A DNA stretch of 64,000 nt from Hormiphora californensis (lineage: Eukaryota > Animalia > Ctenophora): positions 7,626,001-7,690,000 of the forward strand of contig CM035360.1 of NCBI GenBank assembly GCA_020137815.1, in the 5' to 3' direction. A program made the position numbers and the translations under genes. Below are positions 1 through 13,165 of this stretch, piece after piece (within the stretch, counting starts at the first letter, position 1; the number at the start of each line of letters is the position of its first letter). The notes under the pieces were generated by a model. It had not been told where the DNA came from. It ran no database searches and was given only the letters and a program-made list of their open reading frames with translations.

Positions 1-2355
1 ATGGATATATCCGATATAGGGGAAGGAGGACAGTCATCTACTACCGTGGCCAGCCAAGGTGCGTGTTCCTTTTTTACCTTTAACTACCACTGTGTGGGAT
101 ATGAGAGATACCCATGTTCCCCGTACCTCTAAGTCCACCCCATCCCCTTACTTTAGTTCTAGATATGACCTGGTGCTTATTGACATGTGAATGTTACTGA
201 CATGTGAACGTGTTGAGAGAGCCCGGTTAGACCTGTGGAATGCATTGATAGACAGAGAGAGCTAGTGAGATCGGCAGGTTTTACTGGTAGAGTTTAGATT
301 AGTTTTTAGGGAAAGTTATTCAGATATATGAATCTGAATAGGCCGCCATCTTGACTTGAAAGGTGTTAACAGTTCTAGTCCAGAGAGCGTGTCTTAAACT
401 TTGGTAGTACCCCTGTTGTTTCTGGTACAGAAGTCACGTGACTGTTTTGTTGACGGGATATTTAAGCAGAAGTGAAGAGAGACAGAGGAGAGATTCTTCT
501 CTCTCGGGGTTCTTCTCTCTCCCACCACTGAACATCGTGTGTGAGTCTCGTCTGTGTGATCGACCGTCCCTGAGTTTTGATATGATCGTGTTTATGAATC
601 TCTGTGATGCGTGAATGTGTGAATGATGAACTTTGTGTGCGAGATCTCCCGAAACAGTTGCAAACTTGGTGAACTACTGTGTTTTGAGATTCCCTGGGTG
701 ACGAACCCGCAATCTGAACAAGCCTAACAACCACCCACCCACATATGAACGTCTAACATCCCCACCCCATACGTTCAACTGCACTTCCTACAACTCCAAT
801 AATTGATCCTCCTCCAGGACATATCATGGTCGACCAGTGTGTCGGAGGAGATGCTACATTCGTTACTGTTATATAAACAGGAGGCGTGTACCGGTCTACT
901 ACTTCACTCGCCGACCTGTCTATGGATACCGATCGAGGTAAACTCATGTAATGATAGTTCGCCACACAGTAGTACATATTTCAAGATATATCTCAGTCGC
1001 TAATCACACTCTTCCTTGACAGAGGTGGTAGAAGGTACAGGGTGGTCTATGTGAGGCACCCTCATCACTTTGTGAACAGGGGCAGAACCATTGTACTGGA
1101 TGGACCTACTTACAGGTACACAATTCTATAGATTCTACACACAACACACTGTTCCTTATACCATCTAGATCTGAACACACAGCCTCTCTTACGGCCACTT
1201 TCATGAGTCTAACCCAATTCTCAAATATCATATTTTCTTCCCTTGTCAGGAACATGCACGGTAGAATGCTGACCAGATCTCGTACCGGATCCTTCCATGC
1301 TGGTGGTAAGGGTTGCTACTACAAGGGTGCCTTTATTCCCTACGGATCGAGAAGGAAGACCAGCTCCTGTAATGTTTGTGTCTGCAGTGTTAGTGGAGGG
1401 TTCGCTAAACTGAAGTGCCATACTGACAGGTTTGTGATATCCGATGAGAAGATGATGAATCTTCTGGTTAAGATGTGTTCAAATGTATGATTATAGCTTT
1501 GGTTTATATCTGTATTCTGTGTTTCTCGCAGGGCTTGTCTGATGGAGAACATGAGGCGACCCGAGGTAACCACCCACGGGTACGGTGTATCTCGAAATGG
1601 ATGTAAATACGAGGGAAACATCATTCCTTTCGGGAAAATCGCCCAAGTATCTCGTTGTAAGGTAAGCATCTCTCTTTCTAAAAGTTAAATGCTTGTAATT
1701 GTAATGCCACAAAGACGTCTTGTTGGTGACTCTCTATCTCTTCCATCACCCTTTTTGTCCTAGGTGTGTGGGTGTTATGGCGAGCCCCGGGCAGCGACTG
1801 TAAAGTGTAAGATCGACAGCGCCTGTCTGAGGGGATACTGCTTGTACCATGGATATAAGATACCTTACGGGAAATCAATCGTCGCTGGATGTAAAATGTG
1901 CACCTGTAAGTAATACTTATTACTATTAGTAACTGAACTGCCAGTGTTACAGAAATCTAATCGACTAATTAACCAATTAATTAGGTACTCGTGTTGGAGG
2001 ACATAGCAAGATTATTTGCAAGACTGATAATAACTGTGTCACTCGATCTAACAGGATTCTTGCTGGACGTAGTCCTAGATTCTTCAGCAGCAGCAGCGGT
2101 GATAGTCAGATGATCTCCAGGTAGCCTGGAATCAGGGCTGGCTCCTGCCCGATATTTCTGGGGGGGTGCAGTGGCCTAAGGCCACTGTTTCCTAATAGTA
2201 TCATTTGCGACCGCAGCGCCCGAAGGGAGCTCCGCCCGGGGGGGGGGGGGGGGGGGGTTGGGGCTAAGCCCCCGGAAATTTTTTAACTAAATCAAGCAAA
2301 TTTTAGGGTTTTTAATCATTTGTGACGTCTACTTTCTAGATTTATGAATGCTACA

Positions 2356-2399
<44 letters not shown>

Positions 2400-5300
2400 T
2401 CAGTGATGTTCACTAGGTGATCTGTCAAAAATTCCTGAAATTTTACTAAAAATTTTGTATTTTTGGGGTGGTTTCCCAATCCAAATGGTCTCAGACAGTC
2501 AAGAATTTTTTGGGGGGGGGGGGGTGCGCACCCCCTGCACCCCCCACCTGGAGCCAGCCCTGCCTGGAATTCTATAATTTGTTATCTTTCTTTCTACAAA
2601 AACTCCTTTAGATACACATTCTACCCAACCTCGACCCATACTAATCACCTCCTCTCTCTCCAGTAGTGGAACCCTCCTCTCCTCCACCTCTTCCACCTCC
2701 TCTACTGGGCCATCTACCAAGATGTGCCTGTACAAGGGACAACCAGTGGCCCTCTACCATTCCATCCTGGTAGACAAGTGTCAGTCCTGTACTTGCGCTG
2801 CCAACCCTGTCCCCATGTTCTACTGCCGTCAAACAGCCGCCTGCAAACAACCTGTTACTGTCGTCATGGACAGTGCTAGTGAGGTGAGTGATCGTGATTT
2901 CAAGGGATTGGTTGGGTAATATATACGTCCCTGCTTCGAAATGAGTCCTCCTTCTTGACGTAATATCACAGTTACTTGACCAATCTTAAATCTATCATTT
3001 CAGAGTGAGAAGACGAAGAAGGCGTGTTACTTTAAGAAACATGGCTACTTCCTGGGTGAAGAGGTAACCGTACAGAAGGGAAAGAGCTGTCGGTGTGCTA
3101 AGATGGGCGACCAATACGTTATCAGGTACTAATATAGTGGGATAATACAGTGGGATGTTGGTTTGGATTGGATATATAATGCTGCAAAGATAGCGTGTCT
3201 AACAGCACATGTTCCCCAGGTGTCTGACCAAAGAGGAAGTGAAGGCTACCCCCATCATCAAGGAAGAGAGTAAGAGTGATGACGACGATGATTCAAAGAA
3301 GACAAGCTCAAGCAATGATGATGATGATGATGATGATGATGACGATGATGATGACAAACAGACTGAAGGATCCACCGACATCTTCAGGTACGAAGTATCT
3401 CAAGTCCCCACCAATACTTGTTCCTATTCACATGACCTTTCGTCCGGAAATCCTTATCTACATCCACTCCAGGAACAAGTATGGATGTTTCTACAAAGGG
3501 TACTTTGCCCGATACGGGCACACAGTCCATCTGGGTAGCTGTTACAACTGTCTGTGTAGGAGGAAACCTGAGAAGATGTTCCTTTGCAAGAAACGTGACC
3601 GCTGTATCAAGGGTAGGTGGATTGGGAGATACTTTACTGACTCACATATAATATCTTTGTGAACGTGTCTGCTAAATTCATGATTCATGAAGTCACAAAA
3701 TAACACCGCCGCCCCTGCAGGTAAAGAGAGGGAGGCCCTTGCTGCCCGGACCTGTACCTGGTCAGGTGTGAACTACTACGTAGGGCAGCAGTTCCGTCTC
3801 TCTGGATGTAGGGTGTGCACCTGTAGCCGCAATGAACAAGGCCCCATTGTTAGGTGCACCTTCGACAGCGCCTGTAAACAGGTAACATGGGGGAGGGAGG
3901 AGGGTATATAATGGTTTAATGGTTTTGTTTCCATTAGCGTTCATGTAGCGGAAACAAGGAACAGTCGTTGGAATTGTTTTGACTGGTCTATGCTAATTTA
4001 ATATCCTCCTTCCATTCAGGGGGCCTCTGCATCTGATAACAGTATGAACTGCCACTACAATGGCCTATCATACACCCCTGGTACCCTGTTCGAGATCAAG
4101 CCGTGCAAAGACTGTGTGTGTACCAGTCGAGGAGGCAAGCCCCGAATCAGGTGTCGATACGCACCTCGCTGCTTCAGAGACAGATATGTGGACAGGGACA
4201 TCGTATACGATAGGGTGAGTGGGTGATATCAACAATGAATACATGTGAAAGTAAGATCCAGAAGTAAAAGTCAGTATAGAAACAACATCTCTAACTACAC
4301 TCTGACACTGTCCTCTCAGATCAGTGTCAGATCCTCTGGAGGCAGGAGAAGGGGTAGTCCCAGCAACCCGTACCTGCCTGACGGTAGTGGTAGGACTCTC
4401 AACGATGTTCGACACCTACACCGTAATGTTCATGTTCACGGATCCTCTGGGCCTCTCCACCATGCGTGAGTTACCAGTTAGTTTCGCCACATTCAACCCT
4501 TATTGGACAATTTTGAATACCTAGATCTACTCCCTACCTCTCTGATCCACGCCTCCATTTCCAGACAAGTGCAGCACGCCCGTACAGCTGGACCCAACAG
4601 GGAGCACTTTGGACACCCCCACGTCTCCCATGGTCACCATGGTCACCACCCTCATCACGGGCCTGGTGGTCAGGTACACGTGATGGATGAAAGGGTTAGT
4701 GGGACTGTCAAGGTTGTCAACATTCACTACGGAGCTACCCAGGAAGCTGTCAGCGGCTCAGGAGCTGGAGGTAGGTTGTGACTCTTCTGAGCTTGATAAC
4801 ACCGTCATTACATGTCATTCTAATTATATTCTCCGCTAGGTTCTACAGTTCACCACACCACAGTCCATGATGGTTCTACTGGTGGTGTGATCAGAGATGT
4901 GGATGGAGATGGAGATATTGATGCTTTCGATCATACTCACCAGAATATGGCAGGGGGATCAGGAGGAAGCACTGGAGCTTCTCACACCGTCCATCTGGGA
5001 GACAAACCCGCTAGAGGGTGAGTTTAGTAGGTTGAGTCATCATTTCAATCTTTCCTAATTTTGAATCTAATAATCCTGACTCCTTCCTTACCTTCATTAG
5101 ATGTACTCTAAAGGGAGAAACAGTGCGTTTCTGGCAGAAGGTGGCTATTTCCAAGTGTCGAGTTTGTATCTGTCTGCCCCATCCCAACCCAGTGTTTTAC
5201 TGTAAGAGGAAGCCTGGTTGCAGTGAGGGAGGCAGCACTGTCAGTAGTTCAACCCCAATGACTGGAAATGTCGGATCTGGACAAGGTAAGATCAGTGCAG

Positions 5301-8300
5301 ATTGTAAGATTTCTCAATTCACTGTGTGACACAAGATGAGAGCTAATAATCCCCCGATCAGGTGTGGTGTGCAAGTTGAGGGGTAAGACCTATGCCCAGG
5401 GGACGACTGTTAGAGTTGGTCTCTGCTCTGTATGTCCAGTGCAGCGCTGTTGGCTCCCACCCCATCTTCAAGTGTAGGCGACTCTCCCAGTGTTCTCACG
5501 AGGACGGATCCTCACCCATGGTGGGAAGGAAGACCTTCTACATCTGATGATGATGATGATGACAAGAAGACTGTTGTAAAGAGCTCTAGTGAGTTCAGGG
5601 GTCTGTAGGGAGATGATGTCGGGGTGTTTATAGAACCAAAGGGCGGTTATTCTTAGTACTGTTGACCCTCAACCCATCTTAAATCCCTTCCCTAATTCCA
5701 GATCACTGTGTGTTTGGAGGAAATATCGTCTCCTTTGGGTCTCGTATTCAGTACGGCCGGTGCAAACACTGTAGTTGTGTCTCCGGCAAGAAAGGTCCTC
5801 TCTTCCTCTGTGAGAAGATTGATGGGTGTGATTCGGCCAAACTTCCTGAGGGATCTACCGAGTCGGTACGTAGTGGTATACACAGTTCTAGGACCTAGGT
5901 CCCTTATAATACTAAAACCCCTCTCAACTGGCACTTCATTCCGGCCCCTCTCATCTAGATTCTTTTCTGTAGGTAACTGGTGACGGTAAAGGGCTGCTTG
6001 AGGAGAGTACCCCCAGTAACCAGGAGAGCTCCACCAGCAAATCTGATGATGACAATGATGATGATGACGATGATGATGACAAGGTTTCTATAACTTTTCT
6101 TTTGTTGTTTGTGTGTTTCCTGGAAGACTAAGAGAACAATAAAGCCCTTCGCTTGTCTCCAGTCTCACGTTCTTTCTATTCTCCAGAAAAAGACGACAGA
6201 CGATGATGATGATGATGAGCAGTCTAGTGTTGTTGTTTCCAATACCAAGTCTAACGGCTGTATGTATCGGGGACAACTGATCAAGTTTGGAAATAAGGTA
6301 CAGTTTGCGCTTCAGCTCACTGGAACAAGCTTCTCTTGAAGGCTAAAGACACAATTTATAGATGTAACTGGTATAATATTCTCTCTGAATGACGCAATAT
6401 CTGACTCTCAGGTTGTTATCCCACCCTGCCAAAAGTGCAAGTGTGTCAGTCAGAGTGGAAACCCCGTGTTTGAGTGCAAGAACAGCTGCAACAGCACTGA
6501 TGATGATGACGATGATGATGATGATGATGATGATGATGAGGAAAACACTGATGACAAAGGGGGACGTAGCAATGTAAGCATCTTGATAACTGGAGAGTAG
6601 AATGAATGGATCGTTTAGTTTTAGCCATACCCCTTTAAATAGTTCCTGGCCTTGTTGCCCCTTACTCAACAAATAACCCCATCTTCCCTCCTCTATGTAG
6701 AAGTCAGACAAGAGGAAGGGATCCAGGAATCACCGGTTTGATATTGATAGTGACCACGAGAGCAGTGATGTTCACACCAGCAGGTGGGTAGGGTGATGAA
6801 GTAGAACATAAGAACTTCATTGTTAACTTTCATAGTTACTGAAACTAACTCTCCATCATCCTTCTTCTGTAGGTATGGTCACTTCCGTCACGGCTCTGGG
6901 TCAGGATCTGACGATGATGACGATGACGATGACGATGATGATGATGATGACAAGAAGACTTCAGCAGAGAACAAGATCTTTGAGTTCCATGAGACTACTG
7001 ATGGAGGAGTGAGCGATGGTAAGAGAGAATGTAGGGTTATAATCCTGACATGAGACAAAACTCCTCCAACATTAACTCCCGACACTCCCTCTCCTAAAGG
7101 TGTTGCTGCGTGGGACAGGAAGAGTGATACAAGAAGGAACACTCCAATTACTACCAGTGGTATCAGTATGGGGGTCAACTCGGAACCTGCCCTTGGACAA
7201 ACCAACCATCGGGACATTGTACACACCCATCACCGGGGGTACCGTGTGTCTCGTTATGGTCGTGTCAGGCGAACTAGATTTGGACGTGGCTATGTGGTCA
7301 GTGAGGAAGCTGACGGATACGATTTCTGCTCATATGGAGGTAATCTCCCGACCCACAATTTCTGTTATTTTCAATTATCCATCCCCAAATTTTGAAGTCT
7401 CAATATTCTAACTTTCCAGTGAAGTGTTTCTAATTTCCCTCTCTCCATCAGGTGTTACGATCCCAGTTGGTAATCGTGTGTTCATTTCTTCCTGCAAGTT
7501 GTGTAGGTGTGTCAAGGCCGTCCCCGGACACGGACCTCGTTTGGTTTGCTTCTGGAGAGAACACTGTGTCAGGCACAACCCACTTCCTGGTAAGATCCAG
7601 TTCTGTCGAAATCTTCCCCTTTACATATTATCTCAACTCCAAGATCACCCTATTTAATTTCTCCAGGTTGTCACGTGAGAGGAGTGGTTATTCCCAGGAA
7701 CAGTCACTACAGTATTGGACAGTGCCAGGTGTGTCAGTGTCAGTACGGGTTCAATGGGTTCCATACTGGCTGTCATCACGACTCACACTGTGACCAACCA
7801 TCGGCCGCGTGAGTATTGTAGTACTGTAGTACTTCTTCATACACAGTTTGCTGTCTACACTCCAGCTAGAGATCTAACTTCCCTCTTATTACTCTAACCC
7901 ACTACAGAGTGAGAGCTATCTACGCCGTTCCAACCGCTATCCCCGTTGCTTCCTACGCGGAGCCAGCCTACCAGACTGGGTGCAATGTGGGTGATGGGAA
8001 CGTTGTCAAAGATGGGGATGAGATTATCGATCGAGAGAACTGCAGGGTAAGTCTTGAGATCATAACTTGCTGTAGATTATCGTCAGAATGTGAGTGCTTT
8101 AACCTTCTCTGTACAGGTCTGTCAATGTAGGAACGGCAGTCTGGCATGTAGTCAGAAGGACTGTGGTATTGTGAAGGATGCCTCTGGCTGCTTTGTTGGA
8201 GACAGAGAGATCATGCAGGGTAGCGAAATTGGCAGGGGCTGCAAACGATGCACGTGCAATGGAAAGGGAGTTTTCATCTGCAAATATAACCAACAATGCG

Positions 8301-8793
8301 TCACCAGGTAATTCCAGAAGCTTTTATTTGCTAAAGAGAGTTCAGTTGATAAAACAGTCGCTATAACTCCCTCTCCCCCAGGTACACCAGACCTTCTCTC
8401 AACTGCTTCCTAGGAGATAGGAAGGTCCCCCATGGTTCACAGGTCAATATAGGCTGCAAAGTTTGCTCTTGCCGACGTGGAAACTTAACCTGTGCCGAGA
8501 AGTTTGGATGTAAGGAGGGTTCAACCGCGAAGAAGGTCACCGTGAAAAAAGTTGAGAAGAAAGAAGAGGAGAAGAAAACTGAGAAAAAGGCAACAAAAAC
8601 CAAGGCCAAGACCACGAAAAAGAAGGCCACAAAGAAAGCAGCGGCGGCTGCCAAGAAGGCAACGAAGAAGGCCAAGAAATCTGCGAAGAAGACAAAGAAG
8701 AAGACGGCTAAAAAAGCAGCGAAGAAGGCTAAAAAGGCAGCTAAGAAGGCTAAAAAAGCAGCCAAGAAAGCAGCTAAGAAGAAGGGTTTCTAG
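1..8793 (+). CDS. 3' portion of a large multi-exon Cys-repeat (VWC-like, 6-Cys) low-complexity protein; starts upstream of the window
   Basis: Many GT-AG exons encode ~17 copies of C-x-[YF]-x-G-x4-G-x6-C-x2-C-x-C-x7/9-C-x5-C (e.g. 1315 CYYKGAFIPYGSRRKTSSCNVCVC; 3752 CTWSGVNYYVGQQFRLSGCRVCTC). These are separated by Arg/Tyr-rich, poly-Asp and His/Gly-rich linkers. The last exon ends in a Lys/Ala tail KKAAKKKGF* (TAG 8791-8793). Confidence 0.8.
2133..2562. mobile_element. hAT-type MITE in intron
   Basis: TIR CAGGGCTGGCTCC...GGAGCCAGCCCTG with 8-bp TSD CCTGGAAT (2125-2132 and 2563-2570). Confidence 0.9.
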
Positions 8794-9218
8794 GCTGAAA
8801 TGAGAAGAGATCCCTGATAAGGTTTTGGGTTCAAAGAATCAAGAATTCTCTCGCATTGATTGTGTAGTTGTTTCCATATTTATAAGATGTCATGTTTGTT
8901 TCAGACTTCCAAAGATACTTTCCCAAGCCTCTCTTTTTTTCTCACCGAACTTTTCGACCCACTCTCTCATCCATCTTACAACTATAACAACGACATTCAT
9001 TCTTTCCCTCTAACACAAGACTTCCTGGTTCTAACAACCTACTCAGTGTCATTATTAGATAACACAAAGACTAACACCATGAGCAAACCAAGCTTTGTCC
9101 TTGCCCTCGTGAAGCTGAATAGCTGGTCTCTACTTCTCGCTAGACTCAGTGTATTGTCTAGACTCTAAGCAATGGATGTGTGTTGTTGAACAAAGGGCTC
9201 TGTTGTCCAAGTAGCAGC

Positions 9219-9225
9219 TATAAAA
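9219..9225 (+). promoter_or_regulatory. TATA box of the DDDK-repeat gene
   Basis: TATAAAA ~25 nt upstream of a TCAC initiator-like sequence and ~60 nt before ATG 9284. A matching AATAAA lies at 10540-10545. Confidence 0.6.
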
Positions 9226-9283
9226 CCCTCCATCCGCTACTGTCACTCACACATTTCTTTTCTCCACCAACAACAACAACAGT

Positions 9284-10402
9284 ATGAGGACGTTCCTGAT
9301 ATTCGCACTGATCTTCGGTCTGGCCTTCGCCGGCATCCTTGAGAAGAGGAGAGGAGGCAGCAAGGGAGGAAACTCTGACAAGGGAGGAAACTCTGACAAG
9401 GACAACGGCAAAGATATGGACAACGGCAAAGATATGGACAACGGCAAAGATATGGACAACGGCAAGGATAAGGATGATGACAAGATGGATGATGACAAGA
9501 TGGATGATGACAAGATGGATGATGACAAGATGGATGATGACAAGTGGGATGATGACAAGTGGGATGATGACAAGTGGGATGATGACAAGTGGGATGATGA
9601 CAAGTGGGATGATGACAAGTGGGATGATGACAAGATGGATGATGACAAGGATGACAAGATGGATGATGACAAGTGGGATGATGACAAGTGGGATGATGAC
9701 AAGTGGGATGATGACAAGTGGGATGATGACAAGTGGGATGATGATAAACATAACAACGAGAATTCCACTGACTGGGATTGGGATTGGGACTGGGAGAATG
9801 AGAACTCTACTGATTGGGATGACGGTGATGACTGGGAGGAAGATGAGGAGGAGATGAAGAAGCTCGGACCTCTCATCCTTGTTAAGGAGTTCTACATGGC
9901 TGAACAAGGAGAGGACCTTGAGGTTAGGTTTGTCGTTGCTGGAAAGCTGCCCCTGGTTGCCAGGAATGTCTCTCTGTCTGGCTGCAACAACACCGCTACC
10001 AACTTCGACCTGAAGCTGAATGTCACCGTCAATGGAACCATCCCCAACGACTACGGATTCGAGTACCGAATGCCCTATGTTGTGTACGGCAGTGCCACTC
10101 TGAACAACGTTTCTTGTGATGATAAGGGTATCTTCAGGATCGCCTACAACAAGATGGCCAACAAGATGGGAGGTGATGACATGAAGATGATGAAGGGTCG
10201 ATTTGCTGTCATTGTAAAGGGATGCCGAGAGGGAAACAAGGACGATATGGATGATGATAAGGACTGGGACAACAAGGATAATGATAAGGATGATGATAAG
10301 GACTGGGACAACAAGGATAATGATAAGGATGATGACAAGGACTGGGACAACAAGGATGATGATAAATCCGACAAGAAAGATGATTTCATGAAGGCTTTCT
10401 AG
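9284..10402 (+). CDS. Intronless secreted Asp-rich protein with MDNGKD and [M/W]DDDK repeats and a probable Ig-like domain
   Basis: 372-aa ORF. Signal peptide MRTFLIFALIFGLAFA, then KRR, then 15-nt tandem repeats encoding MDDDK/WDDDK. A beta-rich segment carries ..SCDDKGIFRI.., followed by DKDWDNKD repeats. Confidence 0.85.
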   Translation: MRTFLIFALIFGLAFAGILEKRRGGSKGGNSDKGGNSDKDNGKDMDNGKDMDNGKDMDNGKDKDDDKMDDDKMDDDKMDDDKMDDDKWDDDKWDDDKWDDDKWDDDKWDDDKWDDDKMDDDKDDKMDDDKWDDDKWDDDKWDDDKWDDDKWDDDKHNNENSTDWDWDWDWENENSTDWDDGDDWEEDEEEMKKLGPLILVKEFYMAEQGEDLEVRFVVAGKLPLVARNVSLSGCNNTATNFDLKLNVTVNGTIPNDYGFEYRMPYVVYGSATLNNVSCDDKGIFRIAYNKMANKMGGDDMKMMKGRFAVIVKGCREGNKDDMDDDKDWDNKDNDKDDDKDWDNKDNDKDDDKDWDNKDDDKSDKKDDFMKAF

Positions 10403-10610
10403 ATATCTCTGATTGTGGACTTTAAAATGATATAAAATATATTCAAAATGTGTATGCTTTCTGTTAAAATGCGAGAATTCTTTAAAATCTTTGCTATCTC
10501 TGAAATGGGTTTTTGATTTCTTTGTTACTTTCGGTCATCAATAAATTCGAGATAACTTTCATTTTGTCTTGGAAAAAGGGAATATTACATCGACCATCGC
10601 TGGGGGATGT

Positions 10611-10755
10611 CTGTACCTGTCTGTTTGTGTCTGTCTGTATCTGTTTGTGTCTGTCTGTATCTGTTTGTGTCTGTCTGTATCTGTTTGTGTCTGTCTGTAT
10701 CTGTTTGTGTCTGTCTGTCCCAGGTCCCTGTTTGTATCTGTCTGTATCTGTCTAT
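10611..10755. repeat. 20-bp minisatellite (CTGTTTGTGTCTGTCTGTAT)n
   Basis: About 5 near-perfect tandem copies plus degenerate flanks. Confidence 0.9.
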
Positions 10756-11139
10756 GTTGACAAATGTTACGTCTAGATGTCCATGGACACAGGACACCTG
10801 GTTGACCTGGACACCGAGCCAGAGCTTATACTTCCCCGACCCCCAGCATGTATCACACACTGCACGATAAATATATTGTATTCATTGCCTTGCGAAGAGG
10901 GACCACAACTCAAGGTTTCGGACTACTGGTCCAGCAGTACTGGGGCGTAACACAGCGCCGGTACAGCGTCCGTATCACAGGCAATTCTGGTTACCAACGC
11001 TTGGAATCAGATTACCCTTCCCCGTTCATTTGCGTGACCAAGGGAATGTCGTGAGATGATTGTGAAGTAAATAAAAGACGAGGGAATTGGGAAAGACGAG
11101 GGAAAAAGGAAAAAACTTGACAAAAACTTGTCAAAAATC

Positions 11140-11410
11140 GCAAGTTTGTCAGTTTAAAAAGGCGCGCGCGTCGCGTAAGTACAGAACCAAATATATTGTA
11201 ACGCGCGAATAAATTTTGTAGCAACGCTGCATTACATTTAACGCGCGCTGTGAAAATCCAAATTGTTCACTGATCTCAAATCTGCTTCCGTGGATTTTTC
11301 AAAATCTTTTTTTCCCTTTGCGTTAGCGCGTGTATGCGTCTTCTTCTGAAGCGTATATGTTCTAAAAGGCGTTTCCCGTCGGGAGTCAGCGTACCGCGAT
11401 ATGTCACCGA
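11140..11410. promoter_or_regulatory. CpG/GCGCGC-rich putative promoter upstream of the RPL21 cluster
   Basis: Repeated GCGCGC runs within A/T tracts, which are rare elsewhere. Similar composition at 34500-34930, at the head of two divergent gene clusters. Confidence 0.45.
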
Positions 11411-11590
11411 CTCAATTTGTGTGATGGATCAGTTTCTCAGACATTTTTAGCCAATTTTTGGTTTCTGACTAAAAATTACACGTCTTTACTCAGTCTGCAT
11501 TGTAATTAATAGCCGGCTGTTAGCTCCATTCGATGTTAAAGCTGTTGTAATAACCCACGTTAACCTTGTTATCTAGGAGGCAGGCTCAAG

Positions 11591-12073
11591 ATGACCAACC
11601 CACATGGAAAGCGACGAGGAACCAGGGACATGTTCGCCCGTGACTTCAGGAAGAAAGGTCTCATCCCTCTGTCCACCTACATGAAATGTTACAAGGTCGG
11701 TGACATCGTCGATATCAAGGGATGTGGTGCCGTCACCAAGGGTATGCCTTACAAGGTGTACCACGGCAAGACTGGCCGAATTTACAACGTCACCAAGCGA
11801 GCTGTGGGAGTTATCGTTAACAAGCGAGTGAAGGGCAGGATCCTGGCCAAGAAGATTAACCTGAGGGTTGAGCACATTCTCCACAGCAAGTGCCGAGATG
11901 ATTTCCTCCAGAGGGTCAAGAGGAACGAGGCCGTGAAGAAGGAGGCCAAGGCCAGTGGTGTCTATGTGTGCACAAGGCGAGCCCCAGTTAACCCCAGGAC
12001 CAGCCACACCGTCAAAGGAAAGGGAATCCCCGTGGAAGAAGTCAGGCCAATCCGATACGAATTCATCGCTTAA
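11591..12073 (+). CDS. RPL21: 60S ribosomal protein L21 (eL21), intronless CDS
   Basis: 160 aa: [23 protein letters not shown]...[19 protein letters not shown]...PIRYEFIA. Confidence 0.98.
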   Translation: MTNPHGKRRGTRDMFARDFRKKGLIPLSTYMKCYKVGDIVDIKGCGAVTKGMPYKVYHGKTGRIYNVTKRAVGVIVNKRVKGRILAKKINLRVEHILHSKCRDDFLQRVKRNEAVKKEAKASGVYVCTRRAPVNPRTSHTVKGKGIPVEEVRPIRYEFIA

Positions 12074-12321
12074 ATATTTTACGGTCCTTTTTAATTATGA
12101 GATGAAGAGTTTTACTTTGTTACAACAGCGGTGTTCGGATCTCAATCCCTTCTTTCTCTTTCTTCCTTCCCTTTCTCTGTCTCTATTTCGTTATCTCTAT
12201 TTCCTTGTTCACCCAGGCACAACACATCGTCAGGATGAAGTGACACTAGATGGAGGTAGCACAACAACAGCAACAGGGCCAGCCCCCTCCCCCCACACAG
12301 CAGAATGGGGGCACTGATCAA

Positions 12322-13120
12322 ATGGCGACAGTAAGGGCTGTAGACCCTAATATAACTACACCAACTGCTATGGCTGGACTAAGAGATATCGGATCACAGG
12401 TATTGTATCTTGATCACTTATTCTAATTAATCTTCATCTCTACCTAACCAATGTTTAGGCAACGTGGTGGCTGAGTTCTTGTAAACCTGGTTTTGGTGTG
12501 GAACACCTGAGAGATAACAGCCTGGAAACATATTGGCAAAGTGATGGGACTCAGCCGCACTTTATTAATATCAACTTCAAACGGAAAACGAGCGTTAAAA
12601 CTATTTCATTCTATGTGGATTATAAGCAGGATGAGAGTTACACACCATCTCGTATATCTATCAGGTAAACAGGAACTTGTAATGAATATTCATGTCCTAA
12701 TTATTGTTTAATTGGACCTATAACTAACATATACTACTTCACAGGGTTGGTAACAACATGTTAGACCTAGTTGAGATAGCTAAAGTTGAAATAGTAGAAC
12801 CCACTGGGTGGGTGAATGTAGATCTTGACAGTGGAAAAGATGACTGTGTTAGAACATTCATGTTACAGGTATGATACTGTAAGATTCCTTTTTCCTGGTT
12901 CCGTTCATTTTAACTAAATATCACCAATTCATTTTCTATCATTTCAAGTTTCAACTAAACACCTCTCCTTAATCAGGTAGCAATACTAAGTAACCATCAG
13001 AATGGTCGTGATACCCACCTGAGACAGGTCAAGGTATTTACCCCTGCATTACCTACTCCTAGTGAACTGAACCTCAACTTCACAAGTCCTCTATTGGCAC
13101 AGTTCCGGTGTCTCAAATGA
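12322..13120 (+). CDS. ANAPC10: Anaphase-promoting complex subunit 10 (DOC1), 4 exons
   Basis: Spliced translation includes [49 protein letters not shown] and [16 protein letters not shown]. It is not in the ORF track because the exons are short. Confidence 0.95.
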
Positions 13121-13165
13121 GCACGGTTAGTTTTATGAAGGAGTAATGATGTGTTTTATGAAGGA

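Noticed and set aside
200-752. Possible LTR/SINE insertion in the first intron
   Set aside because: Only an imperfect 12-bp direct repeat; no TG..CA ends with TSD, no tail and no second copy in the window.
8542-8793. Histone H1 or protamine gene
   Set aside because: No globular H1 domain; the Lys/Ala tract is in frame with the last Cys-repeat exon of the upstream gene.
9470-9745. CRISPR-like array
   Set aside because: 15-nt coding repeats without unique spacers, in eukaryotic DNA with no cas genes.
9218-9907. Long antisense and alternative-frame ORFs over repeats (also 31165-31929, 11573-12007, 53532-53978)
   Set aside because: Shadows of real CDSs or microsatellites.
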